58,248 nucleotides of DNA, filler included, from Sphacelaria rigidula (GCA_964200075.2; 5 parts of 5 records of this genome joined end to end with filler, not necessarily neighbours in it); one strand, 5' to 3'; positions 38,225 to 50,632 are shown, numbered from the whole stretch's first letter. Numbers and translations are program-made. Notes: generated from the letters alone by a model not told the origin.

Positions 38225-38851
38225 GTACGAAGAGGGTGGACACTTCAAGCCGCACAAGGATACGGAGAACGAAAGCGGGATGTTCGGCACTTTGGTTGTG
38301 CAGCTGCCGACCGTCATGGGCCACGAGGGCGGAACCCTGCTTTTTCGACACCAGGGTGAACAGAAGGTGTTTGCCTGGCAAAACCCGGGTGGCGCATGCG
38401 GGACTCTGAATCAGTCAGGAGGCCATACTAGTGTTACTGACCACACCTCGGGTGTACGCGTCCCCGTTCGATACGCCGCATTCTACGGTGACTGCGAGCA
38501 CGAACTACAGCCGATTACGCGTGGGGTGCGCCTGTGTCTACTATACAACCTGGTACGTACCACACCTGGCCCGCCCCCCGTAGCCGCCGTCGGGCAAGCT
38601 GGATCTCCGGCACAACTCCGTCTCTCTGCCGCGGTGCAGGCTTGGGGTTCCTCTTCGGACACCATTAGCAAAGTTGTGCTGCCTCTGGAACACGAATACA
38701 CCGAAGCGAATCTTTCCTTTGGCGGTCTCAAGGGGCGAGACCAAGCCATGGTAGACGTTCTGCGTATGTGCCCGGAGCTTGACCTGCACCTAGCATTGGT
38801 GGTAAAACATGTCAGCGGAACTGCTGAGGAAGACTACGGCTACTGTAGCAG
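38225..38851 (+). CDS. 2OG-Fe(II) oxygenase-domain protein, catalytic exon; upstream exons not located
   Basis: YEEGGHFKPHKDTE..GMFGTLVVQLP..HEGG...AAFYGDCEHELQPITRGVRLCLLYNL contains HxD, the distal H and the R of a 2OG-Fe(II) dioxygenase, then LEHEYTEANLSFGGLKGRD. Acceptor caacag|G, donor AG|gtacga. Confidence 0.9.
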
Positions 38852-39141
38852 GTACGATGCTGGTTGCTTTCCGCGGCCGTGCTCATTCATTACTTACTAT
38901 CGCTTCTGTCATGGGATTCTGCAGTCCAACGCACCGGTAAAGTTAGTGGTGCCAAAAGCTCAATAGTTTCAGCACAGCAAGAGGCTACCAACGCTCTGAA
39001 AACCTCCATGTCCAGAATTTGCCAAGCTTTGGTCCTGTCGTACGTGAACGGGTGGCGCCTCCGGTGCAGACAACTTTCACGCCTAGCATCTTATCGTGTA
39101 CCTTCAACGTAAAACTACACTCTATCGACAAAAACTCCCAG

Positions 39142-42100
39142 GTCCCGTTGTTATGGTCGACGCCGAAGCTGTTATGACGAGGAAGATGAGGAAGACGAGG
39201 AAGATGAGGAAGACGAGGCAGAAAACGCAAGAATGGGAGAAATTGACGATACCAACATCAGCGTAGAACGCTTTGTTGGACTGGATGACGAGCCCGTTCG
39301 CTTCAACGTCTCAATCGAGCTGGGATCCGAGGTTGTGGACTGCAGTGGAGGCGTATATCAGTCAGAGTCCGACGGGGACAGCAGGGAGTCCGAGCAGGAT
39401 GAGGACGAATCCGAGCTGGATGAGCACGAGTCTGAGCTGGATGAGGACGAGGCAACCGAACTGTTGTTCCCGGAAGATGCTGAGCCTGATAAGAGAGAGT
39501 ACGAAGGTTACACAGGAAACTGTAGTCCAACCCTGGACTTCTGGTACAATAGAGCGTGTATCATGGTTTGGCCGAGCAGTAAGACTTTACGAGTGGCACT
39601 AGCAGATTCCATAGATGCAGCTGTTACCGTCGCATGCCAGCGCTCCACAAGGTACGGCCCCACAAGTCCACGGGCGTTGTCAGATCTCGCTGTGATCGTG
39701 GCCCGAGCGGCTGCACCATCGAAGGCATACTACTATGCCAACGTGCCGCCGGGACAAACCTTTCTGGCGGCATGGAAGCACGCCACTAGGGTGCTGCGTC
39801 TGTGTGCTGACGCCGGCAAAGCCGCTCTCTCGCACTGTCGGCGTGTCTTGCAAATCCTCTCCGGAAAAAATCCTCAACTCGGGGCTCCGGGGATACAAAC
39901 TGAACAGGTGGCAGACGCGGTGGCGGATCTGGTGCTGGCTGTAGGCTGGGATGCGGTTGGCGACGAAGTGGTGCAACTTGTGAAGACTTGCGCTTTAGAA
40001 CAAGCGTTGTGCGTCGCTCGTCTGGCCCTCAAGCTTCAGTCTGTCGCAGCTGCCGCGACCTCTCCGCCGCTTTTCACATCACCATCGGAGATCGTAAGAA
40101 CCGGAGGCGCCGCGTTAAGCTTTGAGGCAGCGATGCGAGCGCCGGGAATGACACCGTCCCAGCAGTAGCGGCGGCAGCAGCAGCAGCAGCAGCAGCAGCA
40201 GGTTGGCACGAAAGTGGAACATAGCATCACGAACAACCAACCGACGTTGCCGTCGCACGACAGGGCAGGGATACAGAACCAGTTGGTCGAGATGAGCATC
40301 AAGTCGGACACTCTGGTGACGGCGGACTCCAAGGCAGCGACCCAGGCAGCGGCCCCGTCGGTGGGCAAGGCGGAGGTGCAATCCCAACAGCAGAAGATGA
40401 ATACCACGGCAGGAAGCCAGACTACAGTGCCATTGACGGACAAGATGAAGGTCGAAGATGAGGATCAGGTAGATGTCGAGTCAGACGTTCAAGTGACGGC
40501 GCCGTTGACGGCGTTGCTGAGGGAGGAGACCGCAGTGCAGCAGCACGTGGATGACAAGCAAGATCCTCAAGTACCGACGCCGACAGTGGCGAAGGGAGAG
40601 GCACCGGACGAGCAGCAGCAGGTAGACATCACGTCAGGTCGTGGGCTCGAGGCGTCGCTTGAGAACAAGGAGGGACAAGCTGGGCAGCAACAACAGCAGC
40701 AACAGATCGGCCCGGAGTCGGAACAGAACATGGCAGATGGTCAACCTTCAGTACCGTCGCACGATAAGTCAAAAGAGCAACATGAGTTGCTCGAAACGGG
40801 CATCAAGTCAGGCACTCTGGCGACGGCGGACGCCAAGCCAGCGACTCCGGCAGCGGCGCCGTCGGCGGGCAAGACGGAACTGCAATCGCACCGGCAAGAG
40901 ATGGACAGCGCGTCAGGAAGCCAGGCAACAGCACCGTCGACAGAAAAGATGGAGGTGCAAGACGAGAATCACGTAGACGTCGGGTCGGACGCTCCAGTGA
41001 CGGCACCGTTAAAGGAGGAGACGTCAAGGCAGCCGCACGTGGATGCCAAGCTAGTCTTGCAAGTACCGGCGCCGGCAGTGACGGGGGGAGGGGCGCCAGA
41101 CGAGAAGCAGCAGGTAGACATTGAATCAGATCGTGAGGTCAAGTCGCCGCTTGAGAACATGGAGGTGCAAGATGGGCACCAGCCACAGCAGCTGAACGTT
41201 GGATTAGACAGCAAGATAGTGGCGCCATCGAGCAAGATGGAAATGAAAGGCCAGCAGCAGCCAGCCGGCGGACAGGTCGATGACGTAGTGGTGCCGCTGG
41301 ACAACATGAAGGCGCAAGGGAATAATAAAGTGCAAATCGGCGGGACTGACAGCCAGACCGTAGTGCCGTCGAAGAAGCATTTGGAAGTGTACCCGGCTGC
41401 AGACGTTGGGTCAGATAGACAAGCGACAGCTATATTAGAGGGCACCGCGGTAGCTCAGTACCTGGACCAGACTACAAACGTTCCGGCCGAGAACATGAAG
41501 GCGGCCTCGAAAAGTGGCGTGCGGCAGCAGCACGAGGTCGATGTCGAGGTCGACGAAATAGCGTCGGGCGCAAGCCAGGGCCTAGTGTGCGGAAAGGGCA
41601 AATGCCGAGCGCGAGATGAGGTTCTGAAAGTTGATACCCAAGCGAACCGAGTGGGGATCGAAGCATCGGTGAAAAGTGCTGGTGGCAGGAAGGTCGTAAA
41701 TTGTAACGCGGGGGTGACGGTTGCGGCATCCGCTTCCGCCTCTGTCGTGTGTCCTAGCGCAGCAGTCAGCTCTGCTGGGCCGACAACTGCCCAACGAGCC
41801 GTGTTGCCCGAATCGGCTGGCACAGTCCTCGTGTCGGCATTTGCTGCCTGCGCGTCGACCCGTATGGAAACGGTCACCACTCAAAGCGCCCCGGGACTCA
41901 TGCGATTCCTCCTCAACCCACAGTGCGCCCCGCATCTTCGTCGATTCACTACGCAGACAAGTGCTCAGCTCTCTTCACCTGTCTTGGCCTCGGCGGTTCA
42001 CGGCTTACGAGAGGGACTGGAAGCGAATCAAGGTGAGCTGCAGCCAAACCAACGACCGCTGTCAGACCACAGCTTTGCCGTCGTAACCTTAGCGAAAAGA

Positions 42101-42413
42101 TTGATGACGCAGGATTTCGGCCAGCTAGCAGTCGGTACGGTTTGCACGGTCGCCAAGGACGTACTGTGGCTAGCAAGCGGAGTAGATGGCACCGGAGGCT
42201 TGGAGCAGGTTTTCGCTGGTGCTGTGCTGTGTGTGCGAGACGAAAATGTTCGCCAAAGCAGGCTAAAGGGAGTTCTTGAGCTTGAGGTGGTGAAGAATGC
42301 TGTGCGCGGGAGCAACGTCTTTTGGCGGGCGCTGGCTGAAGCGCGCCTCGAGAAATTGAAGGGGTTACGTCCTCCTGAGTTTTCGTGGAGCCAGCCGGAG
42401 GCGAACGTACCAG
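39142..42413 (+). CDS. Same gene, very long middle exon (acidic region, EGYTGN motif, helical region, internal repeats); in-frame TAG at 40166-40168
   Basis: Acceptor ctcccag|G continues phase 2. EYEGYTGNCSPTLDFWYNRACIMVWP is typical of this oxygenase family. ORFs 39233-40168 and 40214-42421 share a frame. Donor CCAG|gtgtgt. Confidence 0.75.
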
Positions 42414-42483
42414 GTGTGTGAGAACGTAACCGGCGGATTGGGGTAAAAAGTGCATTTGTATCGATACCACTGTATCAAGGTTG

Positions 42484-42624
42484 CACACCCTGGACAAACG
42501 ATGACATTGTCAAAAATTGTACTTTGTACAGTATCGACTATTGCGTCTATTGCAATGTACGATTGATTCCATGCTGTTCCTAGTACACTTTGTTTTGACA
42601 ATGTTATCTATCGTCCAGTGTGTG
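42484..42624. mobile_element. Intronic MITE (141 bp) with perfect 8-bp TSD
   Basis: TIRs CACACCCTGGAC..GACATTGTCAAAA and TTTTGACAATGTT..GTCCAGTGTGTG; TSD caaggttg at 42476-42483 and 42625-42632. Confidence 0.9.
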
Positions 42625-43169
42625 CAAGGTTGCCAAGCATAGACATCGGCGATTTAGTGGCCCCCTGCTCACCTAGGGCAGTGCTCTCGCGCCCGAGTGA
42701 GGTTGAAACAAATTTGTATCCCTCACCTACCAAATATTATGACATATGAGGGCCGTCGTGTATAACGTGTTTGCCGAAGGAAGAGTAACGCGTTGCTGTG
42801 CCCATCTGTCGTCTTTCCAACACCCGCGAGACGAGGAATTACATTTCGGCGTGACGGTTTGCTCTACTGTACGCCACCTCGCAGCCTGCAGACTTCCGGC
42901 CTTGCGCTGAGGAACACAACGCGGTACATGCGATCACGTGATTGATTGATCGTCTCACAGTCACTGATGCGCTGCGAATCTACTTGAGTCGTGTTTTCAA
43001 GAGAGGCGTACCGAACCTTACTGGCCAAGAACACCCACGAACGGGGAGTCGCGAAAGAAGAAAGGTGGAGAAAAGAAGGGGGGAATTGAATGGGAAGGAA
43101 AGAAAAAAAAGGAGTAGGGAAAAAAAAGGAGTAGGGAAAAAAAAGGAGTAGAGAAAAAAAATTAACGCG

Positions 43170-43985
43170 GTTAAAATCTATTACCGGTCTCGAGGGGACG
43201 GGGGGGGCAAGCCCCCGTCACGTGCACTTGAGGACTCAGGTATCTAAGGACTATACTTTGTCGGCCGGGACTCCCTCACGAGCTCTGTAGGAGCGAGACA
43301 TGAAACACTGACACGCCATGAGGAGAAGAAAGATGAAGGAGAAGAGATAGTTAGGAGCGAAAGATGGGAGAGAACAAAGAGCGAATTTTAAGGGGAAGAA
43401 AAGAGAGGACCCAGAAGACAAGAAAACACATGATATTTACAGGGACACAGCTAGGCAACCTTGCTCGAGTCGCAGGCCAAGGACAGCAATCGACAAAGGA
43501 TAGGACGAGATTACAGTATGTCAGTTTCCGTGCTATCCTCGCCTCCACTGCTCTCCCCCAGTCAGGGGCAAAGCGGGCCGCTATTTCGACCATTTCCATC
43601 TTGGATTTCGCTGGCTGTTACCGCTGCTGTACTGTCCGTGATGGAATCTCTCTCGTTGACAACTCTATGCACCACGGCCTATTTCTTGTGACGTGGGTCG
43701 GATTGCCGTGCGTCTTCGCATCGCTACCCCTCCTTCAACGTTTTCGTCTCTTTCTCGACCTCAGGTGTCATTTGCATGTGTTCTCTGCGGTGGTAACCTA
43801 ATCTTGCGAGTCTTTGACGTCGATACAGTAGACGAACCATTCATTCCGTTCCTTGTATGGGGGAGCCCCGAAGCCACGCAGATTCTCTGGGGGGCTCCCT
43901 TCGTGTTCGAGAGGCTGGCGAGTCTCCTTGAGCACTTGTGTGACAATCCGTTCGAACATGAGTTCACTTGTCATTAGAAACAGCT
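43170..43985 (-). mobile_element. 5'-truncated RTE-like LINE 3' fragment in intron
   Basis: ELMFERIV...ENLRGFGA...EDARQSDPRHKK resembles the C-terminus of the LINE at ~29250-29600 (ADKRESDRRHKRE), followed by a pyrimidine-rich 3' UTR. Confidence 0.6.
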
Positions 43986-44125
43986 TCACAAGTTGGGCAG
44001 ATAGCACACTGGTGCACCTTTGAAGTTGCCCCGGCTAAGGCTTCCCCTTCTTCAATGCAATCTCTGGCGTCGCTCTTCCCCTTTGCCTCCCCTGTCTCTC
44101 CTGCCTCCCCTGCCTCCCACAATAG

Positions 44126-44727
44126 GACACCCAGCCGTCACACAATTCTTGCGTGGGAACAACCGAGATTTCATCTACGCTGGCATGAATAACATAAGGC
44201 ACGCCCGCAATTTCGCGGCCAAGCACTTCCGAGGAGCGTACAACAGCTACGAGAAGCACAGCGCGCACGCGTTCCCGGCGGGGAGAGGTGCATCCGCTTA
44301 CGTCACGATCTCCAAGACGGATGCCTGCCACCGCATGCTTATGAATAACTACTCGGGCCTTACCGCCGAAGCCCAAGAGCTACGCACCCTTATCGCGGCT
44401 GATGCGACCCGACCTGCACTGAGCACCTTGACCCTACAATTCAACTGCGACGCCACCCGGCCTGCTGCTACTGCCCAGCCCGGGTCCGTTGCTACAAGTG
44501 CTGCCGAGAAGCGACCTGCCGATGTTTTATCCCGAGCGCATCACGGGGCCGCAGGTGTGTCTTCAATTCAAGGTACGGCAACGCAGCAACAGCTCCAATC
44601 CAGCACGGCCTTGGCCAACGTTGCCTCCAACAAGAAGCCCAGGATAGAAGACGAAGGGGACGAGGTGGTAGTGGTTGGTGGGACCAAACGGGTAGTAGAA
44701 GTAGTCGACCTATGCGATAGTGACTAG
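44126..44727 (+). CDS. Same oxygenase-domain gene, terminal exon
   Basis: Acceptor caatag|GA in phase 1 gives the continuous peptide FSWSQPEANVPG-HPAVTQFLRG...ARNFA...GRGASAYVTISKT. Ends KKPRIE...VVEVVDLCDSD-stop. Confidence 0.85.
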
Positions 44728-45054
44728 GGGGTACGCTCATGATATTCTTATTCAGAAAAGTATTGGTAAATATAGGTCACTTACTTATGGATAGACACCA
44801 TAAAAACGCGCGATGAATATATTTTGTAAACGAAACGCGCGAGAGAACATTCTTCTATATTGTCAAGTAAATGTATTTAAACCCGCCATGGCACCCGGGG
44901 GTCGCGGAGTGGGGGCAGTGGGATCATTGCAGGGGAAATGTTGATGCATCATTCACGACCATTGCCCGTGTGGCGCGCGAGATGTTCATATCAATGGCTA
45001 GAGTAAAATGTTATTTTCCTCATTCTTGCGGAAGATCAGTGCTCACTTTCTGAG

Positions 45055-45680
45055 GGGCAAGGGGCGTACTCATTTGTTGCCTTAGTCGTTTGGCCAGTGA
45101 CCACGCATTCCTTTCAAGACGGAGCACCGTTCCTACTCCTGAAAGGGGCTTTTCCACTAGTTCGGTGCTCATCACGTTTATTGTTTATATCGAACAAAGA
45201 ACAAAACCTTCAACAAATCGTATCCCCGTCCTGTTTCGCCGTCTGTGGCAACCATCTATCTCCAAATATAGACTTCGTTTTTTCTGCACTGTCTGGTGCA
45301 TCACACAAAATCATGCCACCTTCGTTGACTCCCCGATTTCCCCCTCTAGCATGCCCCTTTCCTCCTCGTAAAATTCACATTTTGCCACTGTGACTTTTAC
45401 TCTATTGCTTCGCCACAGGGGCAGTTCTGTGCATCTCCCTTCTCCACTCAACCACTGGTGTACCTCTTTTTCCTTTCTGACAGCTCCAGGTCCCCCACCC
45501 GAAGTCGCAGTTTCATTTCTTTTGCTGAGTCCAGTGAGCCATGCAGATATGTTTTCATCCGTATCCCCTTTCTCAACCCCCCGTATATCTTCAAGTGTTC
45601 CTCCTGTATTTTCCGTCTTATCGTTCCTTTTTCTCTCACTTCCACGGTTAGGACAACTCACGATTTGTACGAGTTGACTC
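45055..45680 (-). mobile_element. 5'-truncated LINE (second family), C-terminal coding remnant and 3' end
   Basis: EHLKIYGGLRKGIRMKTYLHGSLDSAKEMKLRLRVGDLELSERKKRYTS resembles a LINE ORF2 C-terminal region; the 3' end is shared with 9996-10090. Confidence 0.65.
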
Positions 45681-46579
45681 CTCATGACATGGCAGGAGGC
45701 AATCTGTATTCAACTATTCATCCCGCATGCACCCGACGGTGAAAAACACATGCAGTGCAGTCATCTCAACCGCATACAGATTGGGAGAAAAGTACGACTG
45801 ATGCAAGGCCCATGTCATGAGAGGATTCAACGATGTGCCGACTCTTCGTTCCGCATGACTCATACGCATGGCATAGATGTAGACGCCATTCACGCCTCAT
45901 GGCAAGTGTGGGTGGCATGTACAACCGATCCATTCCGCATTTTTCTACAGGGGTTCAACATGTGTTCATGACCTACCCTCTATGTCCTGAAGGTAGGAAA
46001 CATGTATCGTTGGTGTACTGCACGACGCAAAAGCTAAAAACCTGTGACAGTGTTTTCGTGACATTGAGAGCCGAGGATGCGATTGAGAGTGGGAAGCGGT
46101 CAATTAGTAGATGAATCGTTTCAGTTCCGAAATGTCCCTCTATGAGGCCCTATGCTATATATGCTTATATGCTTTCTGGAGTAGCTTGCCACTGAAGCCC
46201 TTGATATCCCTGAGTATGATATCGACGTGTAGCTCTGGGCACATGCCAGTGATACGGGCAAAAAAAAGCACACATCGAATGAAAAAATTGCCAAGTTAAG
46301 GGGAATGATGAAACCCACTCTCAATCAGCGATCTACTCTCAATCTCACGAATACGTTGTTTTGTGTGAATTACAAATGATGTACAAGCCGCATGATTTGT
46401 TGGTTGAAAAGGGTGAAATGAGTTGAATAGCGAGTCTGGTGCTTCGCAATCGATCCTTTCCAAGGTTTTTTACCATCACGTGTATCAGCGCCCTGTGGTT
46501 CGAACCTCAGCAAATAACTGTCCGCAGGTACGGTTGTAGACAGAGTCATCCTACGATAGGGGGGGGGGGGGGGGGGGGG

Positions 46580-46679
46580 NNNNNNNNNNNNNNNNNNNNN
46601 NNNNNNNNNNNNNNNNNNNNNNNTTAATTAATTAANNNNNNNNNNNNNNNNNNNNNNNNNNNNNNNNNNNNNNNNNNNN
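46580..46679. other. Artificial scaffold spacer
   Basis: N44-TTAATTAATTAA-N44. Confidence 0.98.
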
Positions 46680-47521
46680 GGCGTTCTCGGCACGCCAGGC
46701 TTGCGCGATGTTTCGAGTACCCGCGCGGCCGGGGGGGGGGACATTGTTGATACTTTCGCTCTGTGTTACTCTTTCGTATCATCCCTGCAAGAGAGAAATG
46801 CGACTGCAGCCCCATTTTAGTGTTGAACCCCAAAAATTAAAATCGGCTCATATTTGGGTTACAGTAGGTTGTATCAATACTAAAGCGGTTCACTCGAGAT
46901 GGGCCTTGGGCTACTTGGGTAGGGTACCAGATGAGAAGGTGTTTGTGATCGTGCGCGAACACCGTTCCCATCACACTCTGTTCTGGAAACCTTCTCTCTT
47001 AATCCCAACTGTGGAACTTTCAACGTGGATTTACATAGCCATCTGGCTCGGCTGAATCGCACTGGATACAGAACTGGTCCCCGAACCCTTCCTCTTAGTA
47101 CTTTGCTCTGAACCATACAGGCTCCTTTAGTGCCGTGCAGAGTATCTTACTCGAACATTCTGTACTGTACGCTACGGTACTAAGCTTTACTCTACACTGC
47201 TGTACTGTACTGTACTGTACGAGGTCACGTACGACTGTCTCCTGTGGAGTGCAAGAGATCAGTGTGGTCACAGCGTACATGACACGTAATGCGGCATCCC
47301 CACAAAGTATTGATAATCGTCTTGTGGACTCAAGCAGGGCACTCCTATCTCCCACCCGAAATCCATTTTTTTCCACCAACATATGAGCAAATCGCTGCTC
47401 GAAGAAAAAATGAAAGTTGCTCCGAAAGAAATTCATGTCCCATCCTCTCCGTGTCCAATCCCTTCCTGTCGCCGTGTCCAATCCCTTCCTGTCGCCCCTC
47501 CCCCTCCCCTCGCTTCCCTAG

Positions 47522-47877
47522 ACGGCACCTGTGCACCTCCTCGAAAGACCGCACGTGCCTACTGTGGGACCTGGAGCTGGGGGTCCCAGTAGTGCGCTGG
47601 TCAGGCCATGCGGACGCAGTGGGGGCTGTTGCAGCATCGCGAAAACCCGGAGCGTGGTTGCCCACGGCCGCCCCCGGCGGTGCGTTTGTGATCAGCGGCG
47701 CCGCCGATCGCACGCTTCAACGGTGGGACGTGCCCAGCAAAGCCGTTGCTGTGTTGGAAGCGGAGGCGAGGGATTCCAGGTCGACTGTGGAGGCTGCTGG
47801 AGTGGCGAGGATGCTGGAGGCAGGAGGGACTGGAGAAGGCGAGGGAGAGGAGGATGCGGGGGCGCGAAGGAAGAAAG
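47522..47877 (+). CDS. UTP13: UTP13/TBL3 (SSU processome UTP-B WD40 protein), first visible exon; 5' exons off-scaffold
   Basis: HLCTSSKDRTCLLWD...GHADAVGAVA...VISGAADRTLQRWD WD40 repeats. Acceptor ccctag|A, donor G|gtccat. Confidence 0.85.
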
Positions 47878-48103
47878 GTCCATGATGTTACGTTCTTGTT
47901 CGTCCGTAAACATGCCTGTCGTGTGATCGTTACAGGACAGAATTAATTGCATATCCCGAGATGAAAGCTGCCGCACACGTTTTACTTTGATTTCGGACGA
48001 GAGCGTGGAGAGATTGCTCAATGATCCAGTAAACTGTACACAACATAGCGACGTTAACGTCTTCACGCAAGAACGTTGTTTTCTGGCACAAACTTTCACC
48101 AAT

Positions 48104-48460
48104 GCCGTGACTCTACCCCCATCAGAACCTCCCCCACGAGACCGTAATATGAACCCTGTTTCGTTTGCGACTACTTCCACCACACGGACGAAACTTCATC
48201 GCACCGTGACTTCATCAACCCCGCCTCCAGAAGTCTGCGATGTGAACCCTCCTTCGTCTGCCACTACCCTCACGAACTCGCACCATACCGTGACTTCGCT
48301 CCATCAGAGCTTGCCCTACCAGACTGATGTCAACCCTGCTCTGTTTCATACTACTTGCACTACTCTCACAAACTCAACTATACTGTGACTTCACCCCATC
48401 AGCCCCTCCCCCACGAGACTGTGATGTAAACCCTGCTTCGTGTCACTACTTCCGCTACGT
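48104..48460. repeat. Intronic minisatellite, ~4 diverged units of 85-100 bp
   Basis: Recurrent c.gtgact(t)c...gatgt.aaccctg...actac. Confidence 0.8.
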
Positions 48461-49273
48461 TTCTACTCTCGTACTCTATGAGGTTGGGGTGGGATTGATT
48501 TTTTGCCGTATCCTCACATTTGTGCATGTGTCCAAACTACGAGTGACGTGGCGAGTGGGCGAGTTTCCCCTGTTTCTTTTGTGATATGTGTAAAACGTTC
48601 TGTTGCGAGTGTGTGTGCGTGTGTGTGTGTGTTCTTTTTTCCTCTCACGTATTTAGAGGTTCAATGGTTACGATAAAGAGCTGAGCAAAATATGTGGGTC
48701 AAATGTGGCGTGGGAGAGATTACAAGGAATAAGGCACCGTTTCCCATCTTGGAGTCTTGGGGTAATTTTGCACAAAGAAAATACTCGTTTGGGCGAACCG
48801 CGTGTACTGTTTGAAGCAGTGCTCGTGGCTCAGCTAAACATGATACGATTCTGTCTTGACCGTCCTGTATGTTATTTATTTTCGTGTCTCGTATCATACG
48901 ACGAGTGTTCACACATACGTCATATGATGGAAATAAGAGCAAGATGGTGTCTGTTTTTGTTTTGTCATCTCCTTCTTTTCATGGAGTTTTGACTCGGTAA
49001 ATCGACCAACCTCTCGTGCGGGTAGGTCTGTAGACTTTTTTTTCCGTTCATGCTACTGTACTTGTTCATTTTTCCCGCCGTCCTTTCAGCAAGGATGGCG
49101 AGCTATACGAATGAGTGAAATGACATCGACGACACTGTTTTTCATCGCTCGTTCCTTCGCCCCTTCCTTATTTTGTAGACATCCATATTCTCATCTTCGT
49201 TTTCCCCTCGCGTTTCGCCTTTTGTCCAAATAACAACAAAAACAACATGAACGCTGGCGAATATAAAAAACAG

Positions 49274-49524
49274 ACGTCGAAAATTCGGTCACGACAACAG
49301 CAAGCGCCAAGCACAAGACGGGTAGATGGAAAACCCCGACCCCGTTGCTCGAAACGGCACGACGCAGCGTCCGCGCTCACGACAAGGACATCAACTGTGT
49401 CGCTGTTTCGCCGAACGACATGCTGGTTGCGAGCGCCTCTCAGGATCGAACGGTGAAGCTGTGGCGCGCGAAGGATCTGGAGCCTGCAGGAGTGCTGAAG
49501 GGACACAAGCGCGGAGTGTGGAAG
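49274..49524 (+). CDS. UTP13: UTP13/TBL3 exon
   Basis: AHDKDINCVAVSPNDMLVASASQDRTVKLW...LKGHKRGVWK is characteristic of TBL3/Utp13; splice phases are consistent (1 to 0). Confidence 0.9.
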
Positions 49525-49957
49525 GTGCAGCAGTGTCTTGATTTTCCACTCTTTTGGTTCTAGTTTTGGCCTTGGATACATACGCCTATTGTGTAAATAA
49601 GACTGAAATATCGAAGGGGATCGATGAAGATGCGACGGTGTGGAATAATTCGATTATGCGCGCGATAATGATGGTCATGGCGATGGCGGAAGCAGACAAG
49701 GTTTTGATTCTGTTTCATTGAATCCTATTAATAGTGTCATCATCCACGATGTGTTACTGAACCTGTTGTATCGTACGTTGGTGTACTAGTGTACTTGCAA
49801 CAATATGTTTTGGTTTCGGTTTTGGACATGGGAGGAATCGGTAGCTATGACTCACTTGAGTCAAGCAAAGTAAGTCCCCACACGTTTTTGTCTCACCACC
49901 CGCAACCTTTTTTCCATTATTTTCCTTTTTTTTTGCTCGCTTTCACCCGCTGTCCAG

Positions 49958-50059
49958 GTGGAGTTCAGTCCGGTGGACAGATGCGTGGCTACTTGTTCGG
50001 GAGACCGCACCGTGAAGCTGTGGAGTATAACGGACTGCTCCTGCTTGCGAACATTCCAG
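49958..50059 (+). CDS. UTP13: UTP13/TBL3 exon
   Basis: VEFSPVDRCVATCSGDRTVKLWSITDCSCLRTFQ; tccag|GTG and CAG|gtacta. Confidence 0.92.
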
Positions 50060-50632
50060 GTACTAAAACGTCAATTTCTCGTTTATAATAATCATCATTA
50101 TCATTTATAACCACTCATTATGCGTCAACTCAACGTTATTTACCCTCTGCTCCAAATGTTGTTGGTGTAAAATTCTTGCCCGTATGCAGATCCCTACGCC
50201 GTTTGGGGTGAAGATTAAAACATGACATCGATAAAACCGGGGAATCGTGATGCTTTCCCTCCCCTCCCCTTCGTCCGAGTCTCGCTTTTTTTTTGTTCTG
50301 CACGTGATCTACGTGTATCTATCAGGCGTCGTAGCCAACAACAATCACCTACTTCTCTTTCGAGAGGATCTCCATGTTTAACTTGCTTGTGTTGGTGAGT
50401 TCGTCCTTTGATACCATACCCTACCCCAGCAAATGTCCAGCTATTGATATTCCGACAACTCTTGAAGCAAGACGTGTGCACGTATGTGAAGACGTTCGAG
50501 ATTTTGTGTGTCTTACTGGCATCCATCTTTTATCGTACGATACTAACGTATCTCTGTGTACTCGCTTTTGCGCCATGTGGGGGATTCCGTCTCTTCACCA
50601 CAAGCCCATTTTTTGTTCACGCATGCATACTA

